Made by a program: the position numbers and the translations under genes. A stretch of 64,000 nucleotides of DNA, from contig CAXWPH010000015.1 of assembly GCA_963666055.2 (NCBI GenBank), positions 256,001-320,000 on the forward strand, given 5' to 3'. This document shows, in pieces, positions 31,024-40,206 of the stretch. The notes beneath the pieces are model-generated. The model saw only the letters and a program-made list of their open reading frames with translations, did not search any database and had not been told where the DNA came from. The stretch comes from Acidobacteriota bacterium (GTDB taxonomy: Bacteria; Acidobacteriota; UBA890; WLXD01). Every line of letters begins with the position of its first letter. The stretch's first letter is position 1.

Positions 31024-32288
31024 CGGCCACCCTCCGATGCGGCGCCGCTCTGGCTCCGCAGACCGGCGAGCATGGCCCTGATCTGCTCCCGGTCGGGCAC
31101 CACGACGCCATTGTCGAGCCGGCCCGGCACTTCGCTGGCAGCCGCGATCTGCTCGATCTCTTCGGCGTCCCAGCTGACCGCGCCGGGCTCGGGAAGCATG
31201 CCGTAGTACGCCAACGTGCGTTGGAGCGCCGCCGCCAGGCGGTTGCTCAAGTTGTCGGCGGTGTCGGGGGATCTCGGCGACCGTTCCTCGATCGGCCCCG
31301 TCTGGAAACCCTCTTCGATGCTGTCCCCAAAGGCTGCCAGCACGGTCGTGAGTCCGTCCACGACGTGCTCGGGCAACGCCGACAGGCTGGCGCGAAGCAA
31401 CGACGGCAACAGGCAGGCGACGGCAAGCCCGTGCGGGACGCCGTGCCGCAGGGTGATCCCGTAGGAGATAGCGTGTGCTGCGGCAGTTCGCGTAAGGCTT
31501 ATCGCCATGCCGGCCAGCGAGCTTGCCTCCAGCATGTGGCCACGCGCCGCTATGTCGGTGGGGTCGTTGTCGACGACCGGCAGGGCTCGCCGGATTCTAT
31601 CGAGCGCCGCGAACGACAGCGCCTCGCTCAAGGCGCTGCGTCGCCGTGACCACAGTGACTCGACGGCGTGCCCGAGGGCGTCGGCCGCCGTCTGTGCCGT
31701 CAAGTTGGCCGGCATACCCACCGTGGCACGCGGATCGAGAACCGCGAGCTCCGGGCGGTTCAGTGACGTGTCGAGCGAGAGCTTGCGACCGGCATCGGTG
31801 TCCCAGATGGTTGCGAAAGGCGTGACCTCGCTGCCGGTTCCCGCCGTGGTCGGGATGGCGACGAAGCGCGGTGCGGCGCGAGCCCGCGGCTCGTGCTTCC
31901 GGTGAAGCAGCGACAGTGCGTCGGAGTCGCTGCCGGCGGCGCAGTTAGCCACCTTGAGCGCGTCGATGACACTGCCGCCGCCCAGCGCCACCACCGTGCA
32001 CGGGCGCTCGGCCCGAATGAAGTCCGCCGCCTCGTCGACGTGCCGCGGTTGCGGATTGGGCGGCAGGCCGCCAAAGGTGCGGACGTTGCCCACCTCGCCC
32101 AGCGCCTCGATCACCCGACCTAGTATTCCCTGGCGCTGCATGGCGCTGCCGCCGGTGAAGAGGCCGATTGTCGTTGCGGAGTCGGCGCCGGAATTCAACG
32201 CGTCGACGCGGGCGGGAAGGTCGGCGAGCGCGCCGTCGCCGCAGATCACCCGGGTCCCGCGCCAGGTCCATTCCGCCGGCGAGGTCAT
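31020..32288 (-). CDS. Phosphonoacetaldehyde reductase (iron-containing ADH; PhpC/FomC-like)
   Basis: GGGSVID..K, PTTAGTGSEVTPFATIWD, DALGHAVESLWS, AISLTRTAAAHAISY, VPHG; translationally coupled to ppd. Confidence 0.82.
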   Translation of the reverse strand: MTSPAEWTWRGTRVICGDGALADLPARVDALNSGADSATTIGLFTGGSAMQRQGILGRVIEALGEVGNVRTFGGLPPNPQPRHVDEAADFIRAERPCTVVALGGGSVIDALKVANCAAGSDSDALSLLHRKHEPRARAAPRFVAIPTTAGTGSEVTPFATIWDTDAGRKLSLDTSLNRPELAVLDPRATVGMPANLTAQTAADALGHAVESLWSRRRSALSEALSFAALDRIRRALPVVDNDPTDIAARGHMLEASSLAGMAISLTRTAAAHAISYGITLRHGVPHGLAVACLLPSLLRASLSALPEHVVDGLTTVLAAFGDSIEEGFQTGPIEERSPRSPDTADNLSNRLAAALQRTLAYYGMLPEPGAVSWDAEEIEQIAAASEVPGRLDNGVVVPDREQIRAMLAGLRSQSGAASEGGR

Positions 32289-33442
32289 GCGCCGCTCCGC
32301 GCCAGGTAGCGGCGCAGGCGCTCGGCTACCTCCGACGGATGCGTCGCCGGCCGTCCCAGCGGATGCACCGATCCCTCGAGGATGCGCACGTGCAGCAGGG
32401 AAGGGCCCCGCCTCTCGAGGGCGGCACGAAGCTCGGTCTCCAGCCTCTCGCCGGTGACCAGGCTACGCGCGTAGCGGTAGCCCACCGAGCGCGCTACACC
32501 GGTGAAATCGACGGTGTCCGAAAGCGTCTGTTGCCCACCGGTTGACTCGTGAGCGTTGTTGTCGAGGAGCACGTGCACCAGCCCTTCGGGACGATAGTGG
32601 CCGACCGACACCATGGCCTCCAACCGCATCAGCGCTGCGCCGTCGCCGTCGATGACCACGGTCCGTAGCTCTGCCGCGCAGTGCCGAGCCAGCCCCAGGC
32701 CAAGGGTGCTGGCGCAACCCATCGAGCCCACCATGTAGAGCTGATTCTCGGTGTCGCGCAGCGTGTAGAGCTCGCGCCCCGTCTTGCCGGTGGTAGCGAG
32801 AATTGGGTGCGACTGCCCCACTACTTCAGCGATCCGCGCGATGCAGTCGTGGCGCCTCAGCTTCGGCTTTCCGGGTTCCGGCTCGATGCCAGCGTGATCC
32901 CGCGGCGGTCGCGGCGCCCGGTTGGTGCTCTGCAGGTCATACGGTTCGATGGACCCCTTCTGCATGATCAACGCGAAAGATCGTCGCGCTTCTGCCAGGT
33001 AGCGCCGAGCGCGGCCCATCTGCGCGCTCAGCTCATCGAGGTCCTGGCAGAGCACCTCGGTTTCGAGCTCCATCGCCTCGAGCATCGTCCGTGTTGCCGT
33101 TCCCATGATCTCGTGCTGCGGTTCGTCGCCGATTCCCGGCTGCCCGCGCCAGGTGACCACCACCAGCAACGGGATCTGGAACGGCTGTGCCAGCGAGGTC
33201 AGCGGGTTGACGGCGTTGCCGAGGCCGGAGTTCTGGAACATCACCACCGGCTGCATGCCGGCGAGCTGGGCGCCGCACGCATAGGCGACCGCTTCGCCCT
33301 CGTTGTTGAGGGGGACGTAGGTGCCCGGCCGGTTGTCGATCAGGTAATTGACCACCGGCTTGAAGAGCGAGCACGGCACGCTGGTGTACAGGTCGAAACC
33401 CTGCGCTTCCATCTCGGCGACGAAGCCGGCCGCGGGTATCAC
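32285..33442 (-). CDS. aepY: Phosphonopyruvate decarboxylase
   Basis: VPCSLFK, NNEGEAVA, QNSGLGNAVNPLTSL, WRG.PG..DEPQH, TTGKTGRELY, YMVGSMGC, DGDGAALM, HESTGGQ. GTG start at 33442. Confidence 0.93.
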   Translation of the reverse strand: MIPAAGFVAEMEAQGFDLYTSVPCSLFKPVVNYLIDNRPGTYVPLNNEGEAVAYACGAQLAGMQPVVMFQNSGLGNAVNPLTSLAQPFQIPLLVVVTWRGQPGIGDEPQHEIMGTATRTMLEAMELETEVLCQDLDELSAQMGRARRYLAEARRSFALIMQKGSIEPYDLQSTNRAPRPPRDHAGIEPEPGKPKLRRHDCIARIAEVVGQSHPILATTGKTGRELYTLRDTENQLYMVGSMGCASTLGLGLARHCAAELRTVVIDGDGAALMRLEAMVSVGHYRPEGLVHVLLDNNAHESTGGQQTLSDTVDFTGVARSVGYRYARSLVTGERLETELRAALERRGPSLLHVRILEGSVHPLGRPATHPSEVAERLRRYLARSGA

Positions 33443-33476
33443 CGGCGCCGGCTCGTTCCGGGAAGCGCGGCCGGCA

Positions 33477-33959
33477 TCAGAATTCCAGCGCGTCCGAGTA
33501 CTTCTCGATGTCGTCGATGTCGAGCCAGTTGCCGGCGATGTACGTGACCCGTACCTCGGCCCCCTCGGCAACCAGGTGGTTCAACAGCCGCGACATTCGC
33601 ATGGTTTCGAACCCTTCCGTCGAGCGCAGCTGCTCGAGAGCATGTCGCAGCGCGTTGGCACCGGTCTTCGTGAGCTTCATCAGGCCGATCGATTCACCGT
33701 CAGCGTTGTCCGGGTGGAGGTCCGGGTCCATCTTGTCCATCAAGACCGGCTCCTCGGTGTAGGCCGGCGTGTAGGGCCGCGATGCTTTGATGAACTCGGT
33801 GTATCGTGCTGGTGGCTCGGCAGCGGTGTTGGAGTCGACGACGATGACCACGTCGCCGGGCTCCCCCTGGAGCGCCTGCAGCACGTAGCGCTTGAAGATG
33901 ATGTCGCCGAACGAGATGTAGGTATCACCTCGGATATGCTCGGCGGCGCAGGCGAGCGA
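33477..33959 (-). pseudogene. C-terminal nucleotidyltransferase-like segment typical of PEP mutase (PepM) fusion proteins; mutase domain absent
   Basis: SLACA..ISFGDIIFKRYVL..VVIVVDS..GESIGLMK..VRVTYIAGNWLDID, lying directly upstream of ppd. Confidence 0.7.
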
Positions 33960-35648
33960 GGTGTAGGCGGCGTCGACGCGTCCTCGGCGATCGGCTTCCA
34001 CGAGACGGCGAACCTCGTCGAACTCGAAAAGACCTCGCTGCGTCAGCGAACGTTTCGACAGCACCTCGCGGCGCAGCTCCACCAGATCGGAATGTAGCCA
34101 TTGGCGCAGGGGCGCCGCGAAGCCGCTCTTGGGCCGATAGATCACCTCTCGGGGTAGGTACGGCTCCATCGCCTTCTTGAACACGTGCTTTAGTGTGCCG
34201 CCGGCGATTTTCTGGTGGCTGGGGATCGCCGCCGCGAGGTCGACCACCTGCAGGTCCAGCAGCGGCACCCGCACCTCGACGCCGGCGTACATGCCGGTTT
34301 TATCGGTGTAGTTGAGGTTGTGGTCGGCGAGAAAGTGCTTGGCGTCGATATAGAGCATGCGCTCCAGCGGATCGGCGTCATTGCGCACACGGGCGAGCGA
34401 CTCGGCGAGCGGATGGGGAGGATCCTGGCGGTGGATCTCTGCCTGCACTGGAGGTGTCAGCAGAGCCCGCCGCCGCCATTCGGGCGTCCACTCCAGATAT
34501 GCGGCTATGCGCGCGTCGCCATCCAGGTTGGCGTGGGCGAACGTCTTCGCCAGTCGTCGCACGAGCGGCCGACGCATTCCGGGACCAGGAATAGCACCAC
34601 ACTGCAGGGCCCGGGAGGCGCCGGCGAGCGCGCCTCGTGCGGCGCGCGGCAGCCACGACCACAGCCGCTCCGAGCGTAGCGCCTGGTGACGCCGGTACCC
34701 GCCGAGGATGTCGTCGCCCCCCGCGCCGGACATCAGCACCTTCAATCCGTCTTTGGCGGCGCGCTCGCAGATCAACAGCGCGTTGATCGGCGCCGGGTCG
34801 GCCTGCGGCTCGTCCAGACACCAGAGCATGCGCTCGAGCTCGTTGATCATCTCGGGCCCGGCACGCACGATTTCCAGATCCACTCCTAGGTGGGCCGCCG
34901 CCTGGCGAGCGTAGGGCAGGTCGGCGGGGTTGCCCTCGATGCGGTCCGCCCCCTGAAAGTCCATCGTGTAGGCCACCGTGGGGCTGTTGGCGTCGGCACG
35001 GCGCATCATCGCGACGACGGCGCTCGAATCGAGGCCGCCCGACAGGAACGCTCCCACCGGAACGTCCGACAGCAGCTGCCGCCGGACGGCGGCTTCGACC
35101 TCCGACGCCAGCTGCGCTGCGACGCCGTTACCCTGAGCTACAGCGACGCGATGCCGGCGGCAGTCCTCGGCTTGCGGCAGTTCGTAGAAGATCCAGCTGC
35201 GCGTCACAGCACCACCGCGAAGCACGAGCGCCTCTCCAGGGCGCATCTTCTTGACCGTTCTCAGCGGCGTGCGAGGCGCCGGCGCCCACAGATAGGTCAG
35301 GTACTGGTCGATGGCGACCAGATCGAGGTCGCGGGGAACCTCCGAGCTCGCCAGGATCGCCTTGAGCTCGGAAGCGAACAGAACGCCGCCGCCGGCGTGC
35401 GCGAAGTAGAGCGGCTTGACGCCCAGGCCGTCCCGCGCCAGCAGCACGTCGCCGCTCTCGATGCCCTCACGCCGACCGCTGTGCCGGCCATCGTAGAGGG
35501 CGAGCGCGAAGATTCCGTTCAGCCGCTCGAGGAAGCCCGGGCCTTGTGTAGCGTACAGGTGCAGCAGCACCTCCGAATCGGATCGACTGGTGAAACGGTG
35601 GCCGTGCTCCTCGAGCTCGCGTCGGAGCGTCGGGAAGTTGTAGGTCTC
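33960..35648 (-). pseudogene. asnB: Glutamine-hydrolysing asparagine synthase-like amidotransferase, truncated at both ends and fused in frame to the NTP-transferase segment
   Basis: ETYNF..SDSEV, ARD.LGVKPLY, FASELK, SDVPVGAFLSGGLDSS, SGAGGDD, EVRVPLLD, RPKSGF; the N-terminal CGI is missing. Confidence 0.85.
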
Positions 35649-35665
35649 AGCTCTATCGATTCCTG

Positions 35666-36934
35666 GTGGGCCCGCTGTTCGTCGAGCGCGGCAAGCTCGT
35701 CTCGACGGAGCTCATCGGCGATCCGTCGATCCACCAGGACGGGCAGTGGGCTGCCGTCTTGCGACACGGCGCCATCCCGTTCGTGTCGTATCCATACGAG
35801 TGGCCGTTCGGCATGTTGCGCGATGCGGCACTTCTGCAGTTGGAGCTTGTGGCCGCCGCCCTCGACGAGAACATGACGCTCAAGGACGCCACCGCCTTCA
35901 ACGTGCAGTGGGATGGCTCGCAGCCAGTGTTCATCGACATTCCCTCGTTCGAGCCGCTCGATCCAGGCACCCCGTGGGTGGGCTACGAGCAGTTCTGTCA
36001 GATGTTCTTGTACCCGCTCATGCTGCAGGCGTACCGCGGCATTTCCTTTCATCAGCTACTGCGTGGTCGCCTCGATGGCATCGAGCCGTCGGACTGCTGG
36101 GGCATGCTCTCTCGGCGTGATCTTCTTCGCCCCGGGGTGCTGAAGCATGTGTTCCTGCAGTCGAAGGTGCAGGCGCGATTCCGGGACCGGGAGGGCGACA
36201 TCAAGGGCGAGCTGCGCGACGCTGGTTTCGGTGCCGAGATGATCAAGGCAAACATCCGGGGTCTGACCAAGGTCGTCGGCAAGCTCGATTGGACGCCCGC
36301 CGAGTCGGGGTGGGTGAACTACGGTCGCTGCACGCACTACGACGACCAGGCACGGCAGGCGAAGGGGACGTTCGTAGGCCAGGCGCTGGCCGCGCGCCAC
36401 TGGCCCATGGTTTGGGACCTGGGGTGCAATACCGGCAGGTATTCGCGTCTGGCTGCCGAGCACGCGGATCTGGTAGTGGCGATGGACGCCGATCACCAGT
36501 GTGTCGACCGACTTTACGAGAGCCAGCGCGGCGAAGGTTCGCGCCGCATCCTGCCGCTGGTGGCGAATGTCGCCGACCCCTCGCCCGCGCTCGGGTGGAG
36601 GGGGCTCGAGCGCAAGACGTTGGAGCAACGCGGCCGGCCCGATCTAGTCATTTGCCTGGCTCTGATTCATCATCTGGTGATCGGCGCAAACATCCATGTC
36701 GATGAGCTGGTGGGTTGGCTTGCCGACGTCGGCGCCGACCTGGTGATCGAGTTTGTTGAGAAGTCGGACCCGATGGTGCAGCGACTGCTACAGAACAAGG
36801 ACGACATCTACGACGATTACGACCGCGCCAACTTCGAGCGTGTGCTGGCGGCGTCGTTCGAGGTCGAGCGATCCGAGACCATCGCTGGGGGCACTCGGAA
36901 GCTGTTCTTCGCCCGCAATCGGGGTCGCAAATGA
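35666..36934 (+). CDS. NoeA-like class I SAM-dependent methyltransferase (probably N-truncated)
   Basis: IPFVSYPYEW.F.ML.DAA, LKDATAFNVQ, DLGCNTG, LALIHHL, IEFV.K.D.MV. Confidence 0.8.
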   Translation: MGPLFVERGKLVSTELIGDPSIHQDGQWAAVLRHGAIPFVSYPYEWPFGMLRDAALLQLELVAAALDENMTLKDATAFNVQWDGSQPVFIDIPSFEPLDPGTPWVGYEQFCQMFLYPLMLQAYRGISFHQLLRGRLDGIEPSDCWGMLSRRDLLRPGVLKHVFLQSKVQARFRDREGDIKGELRDAGFGAEMIKANIRGLTKVVGKLDWTPAESGWVNYGRCTHYDDQARQAKGTFVGQALAARHWPMVWDLGCNTGRYSRLAAEHADLVVAMDADHQCVDRLYESQRGEGSRRILPLVANVADPSPALGWRGLERKTLEQRGRPDLVICLALIHHLVIGANIHVDELVGWLADVGADLVIEFVEKSDPMVQRLLQNKDDIYDDYDRANFERVLAASFEVERSETIAGGTRKLFFARNRGRK

Positions 36935-39000
36935 GCCCGGCCGGCGTCTGGACCGAAGGTCAATCGACTGCATGGTCGCGGCGCGCGGTGGTCGTCGGGG
37001 CGGCCATGTTCACGCCCGGCGTGCTGTTCGTGCTGGTGTTCAATTCGATCCTGCTGGCCAACCTTGACGAGGTCGCGTACGACACCACTCTGGTGCTCAT
37101 ATTCTTCGGGCTGTTCGTAGGCACAACGACGGCGTGCGTGGCGATCTTCGCGGCAGGTCTGGGGTCGAAGAACTGGGCGCGGCTGGCCCGCGCCGTGGTT
37201 GCGGCCGGCGCCTTGGTGTTCGTGTTCGAGCTGCTGCGCCCGTTAACGGTAGCGGCGGCGGGCATCCGCGGAGCTTTCGGGATCGAGTTGGTCGCCGTGG
37301 TGGTGGTCGCGGCTCTGGTTCTCAAACCGAGCCTGCGTTCGATCTTCCTCGTTCTTGCGGTGGTCGCCCCCGTTCAGATTACGTCGGCCGTCTACCAACA
37401 CGTCACCACCGTCGCTGGCACGACCGCGTCGAGGCAGGCTCAGCGGGTCGCCCGGCTTCGGCTCGAGCCGGTAGGACTCATCTCTGATCCGCGTCCGGTA
37501 TTCCGTTGGCCCGAGTTCGGCGCCGGACACCGCTACGAGATCGAGGTCGTGGATGACGTTACCGGGGTTGCTGTGGTCCGGGAGGGCGTCGACGGTAATA
37601 GGCACCGGCTGGCCGCCGACTTGGAGGCAGGTCACCAGTACCGTTGGCGTTTCCGAACCCTGCCCAACGGCGAGCCAGACCGGTTTCGAGGCTGGGTGCG
37701 CTTCCGACTCAGCGACGCACGCCTCAGCCCGCATCCGGAGGGCGGGGAAGCTCTCGGCGCTTCGACTGCCCCCATGGATACTCCCAACGTCTATCTTGTC
37801 GTCCTCGATGCATACCAGTCGGAGAGCTACGAGTACCTGCGTGACACGCGGCCGGAGCTCACCGAGCTGCCGGTGACCTTCTTCCCGCAATTCCGGGTTA
37901 GCTCCGGCAAGACCTGGTCCTCGCTGACGGAGATGTTGCGTGGCGAGCACTATTTGCCCGACCATCAGATCGAGGAGTGGCGTGTTGCGGCGCCGGCAGA
38001 GGGTCTCCTGGGGGACCTGTTTCGCCATGGCGTGCAAGTGCATCAGTACCCGTACTATCGAAACGACTGCTACGAGTTCGCAGTGGCGTGCCGCGACACA
38101 GTGCGTTCCAAGAAGGAGTTTGCGGGTCGCTCGCATAGCATCGCCATCGTCGACCTGTGGTTTCTGAACACCATGCCAACGACCGTGCGCCGCACCATCC
38201 TCGGCGACGCTGCGGCCGCCGACGCAGCCAGCTGGGACTACGGCTTCTCGATCACCGATCTCCTGCTGGGCGAGACCGAGGGCCCGGCTGTCAGCCACAA
38301 CGCCTACTACTCGCTCAAGCAGTTCGAGCGTGTGCTCGACGAGGAGACACGTCGACCCGACAGCGGCCAGCTCGTATTCGCCCACATCATGCTGCCGCAT
38401 TCACCGTACGTCGTCGGCGCCGACTGCGAGTACCTCGGGCAGGTAGGGGAGGACGACGACGTCATTGACCGGCTGCTCGATCAGACAACTTGTGCCAACC
38501 ATCTACTCGGATCATTGTTTGATCGCCTCGAGGAGCTCGGGCGGCTCGATTCTTCGCTGGTGATGGTGATTTCCGACCACGGCACCTTCTGGCGCCCGAC
38601 CGACGACGAGCGCCTGCAGCCGTACCTGTCACTGGAGGCTACGATCCCGTTCCTCGACGTCGACGAGGTCGACAGCGCGACGTGGTCTTCCGACATGCTA
38701 GAGGTACGTTCTTCGGCCCTGATGCTGGTGAAATTTCCGCGCCAGCGCGAGTGGCAATCGTCGGCGCAGCCGGTGCAGATGATCGATGTGGCGCCCACGA
38801 TTGCGGCGCACTTCGGTGCCCCGGTGGAGCACTATGCCGGCCTGCCGATCGATCAGATCGGTCCGAACATGGAGCGCGAGACGCTGTTCTACGGCTTCAA
38901 TAAGATCCCGCGTGCTGGCGCGCCTGCGGTAATGTCGATTTATCGGCGAAACGGCGATGGTGACTGGCTGTACAGCCACGACATCGAGACGCTCCAATAG
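36931..39000 (+). CDS. Membrane-anchored sulfatase/LtaS-fold hydrolase or transferase
   Basis: About 5 N-terminal TM segments; PNVYLVVLDAY, T.SSL, HIMLPHSPY, ISDHG, IDVAPTI. Confidence 0.78.
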   Translation: MSPAGVWTEGQSTAWSRRAVVVGAAMFTPGVLFVLVFNSILLANLDEVAYDTTLVLIFFGLFVGTTTACVAIFAAGLGSKNWARLARAVVAAGALVFVFELLRPLTVAAAGIRGAFGIELVAVVVVAALVLKPSLRSIFLVLAVVAPVQITSAVYQHVTTVAGTTASRQAQRVARLRLEPVGLISDPRPVFRWPEFGAGHRYEIEVVDDVTGVAVVREGVDGNRHRLAADLEAGHQYRWRFRTLPNGEPDRFRGWVRFRLSDARLSPHPEGGEALGASTAPMDTPNVYLVVLDAYQSESYEYLRDTRPELTELPVTFFPQFRVSSGKTWSSLTEMLRGEHYLPDHQIEEWRVAAPAEGLLGDLFRHGVQVHQYPYYRNDCYEFAVACRDTVRSKKEFAGRSHSIAIVDLWFLNTMPTTVRRTILGDAAAADAASWDYGFSITDLLLGETEGPAVSHNAYYSLKQFERVLDEETRRPDSGQLVFAHIMLPHSPYVVGADCEYLGQVGEDDDVIDRLLDQTTCANHLLGSLFDRLEELGRLDSSLVMVISDHGTFWRPTDDERLQPYLSLEATIPFLDVDEVDSATWSSDMLEVRSSALMLVKFPRQREWQSSAQPVQMIDVAPTIAAHFGAPVEHYAGLPIDQIGPNMERETLFYGFNKIPRAGAPAVMSIYRRNGDGDWLYSHDIETLQ

Positions 39001-39010
39001 CGAGCCCGCC

Positions 39011-40099
39011 GTGACGCAGCCGCTGCTCATCATCATTCTGGACGGGTGCGAGGCCGGCTACCTCGAACGGGCGAGTACCCCCCACCTGGATCGGCTGGCA
39101 TCTGGCGGCCAGCGCTTCGTCGCCAGCGCCGTCGTCCCCACGGTGACCAACGTCAACGTCACCTCGTTGCTCACCGGAGCCCCACCGTCGCAGCACGGGA
39201 TCACCGGCAACACCTATCTCCGCATCGATGACGGTGCCCTGGTTCCGATGAACGACCGGCGGCAGCTTCTGTGCTCCACCCTGTTCGCGCGCGCCCGCGC
39301 CGCAGGTGGGACGACGGCTTTCCTCTCCGCCAAGCGTAAGCTGCTGAGCTTGTTCGGGCCCGATCTCGACTTCGTCGGCTCGGTCGAGACACCCCCCGAT
39401 TGGGCTGTCGAGGCAATTGGCGAGCCTCCAGACATCTACCATCCGGACGCTAACCTCTGGCTCCTGAGGGCGGCCGCCTTGCTGCTCGAGCGCCGGTCGA
39501 TTGACCTGCTGGCGGTCTGCACCACGGATCTCGTGCCCCATCTACACCGACCAGAACATCCCGAGGCATGCGATCATTTCGAGCGCCTCGATGCGTTGAT
39601 CGGACGACTGAGCGAGCTCGCCCTGGATGCCGCGATGGTGATAACCGCCGACCACGGCATGCGCGACAAGCCGCGGATAGCCGACATTGGGCCCAGCCTC
39701 GAGACCTACGGTGCGCGCGTAGTGCCGGTAATCAAGGACCCCTACACGCTCCACCACGGCAACCTGGGTGGAGCCGCGTACGTCTACTTGGAGCAGCCCG
39801 AGCGAGCGCCCGAGGTCGCTACCGAGCTTTCAGCGGTCGAGGGTATCGAGCAGGTGTTGACGGCGGACGAGGCACACCGCGAGCTCGCGCTCGACCCGGA
39901 TCGGGTGGGTCATTTGGTGGTGCTAGGCGATGCGGATACCGTGCTTACATACGGGTCCCCGGAGCTGTCGGTGGACTCGCTCCGATCTCACGGTTCCGTT
40001 CACGAGCGTGCGGTCCCGGTGATCACCTCGAACCTGGAGCCGATCAGCGCGTCCCTCGCCTGGGAGGTCACCGCGACTGCTTTCGAGATGACGAGATAG
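39011..40099 (+). CDS. Phosphonoacetate hydrolase (PhnA)-like alkaline-phosphatase-superfamily enzyme
   Basis: LDGC, PTVTNVN..S..TG.PP..HGI.GN, TTD..H, TADHGM, DPY..HHG.LG, LRSHG. Confidence 0.75.
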   Translation: MTQPLLIIILDGCEAGYLERASTPHLDRLASGGQRFVASAVVPTVTNVNVTSLLTGAPPSQHGITGNTYLRIDDGALVPMNDRRQLLCSTLFARARAAGGTTAFLSAKRKLLSLFGPDLDFVGSVETPPDWAVEAIGEPPDIYHPDANLWLLRAAALLLERRSIDLLAVCTTDLVPHLHRPEHPEACDHFERLDALIGRLSELALDAAMVITADHGMRDKPRIADIGPSLETYGARVVPVIKDPYTLHHGNLGGAAYVYLEQPERAPEVATELSAVEGIEQVLTADEAHRELALDPDRVGHLVVLGDADTVLTYGSPELSVDSLRSHGSVHERAVPVITSNLEPISASLAWEVTATAFEMTR

Positions 40100-40206
40100 C
40101 CGATGCTACGATGCGATCTTGCGGTGTTTGACACCCGAGGGAGCGGCGGCGAGACTGCAGGCAGGCGCCCAACCCGCCGCGTGCTGAATCCCAGGAGGCC
40201 AAGCCG

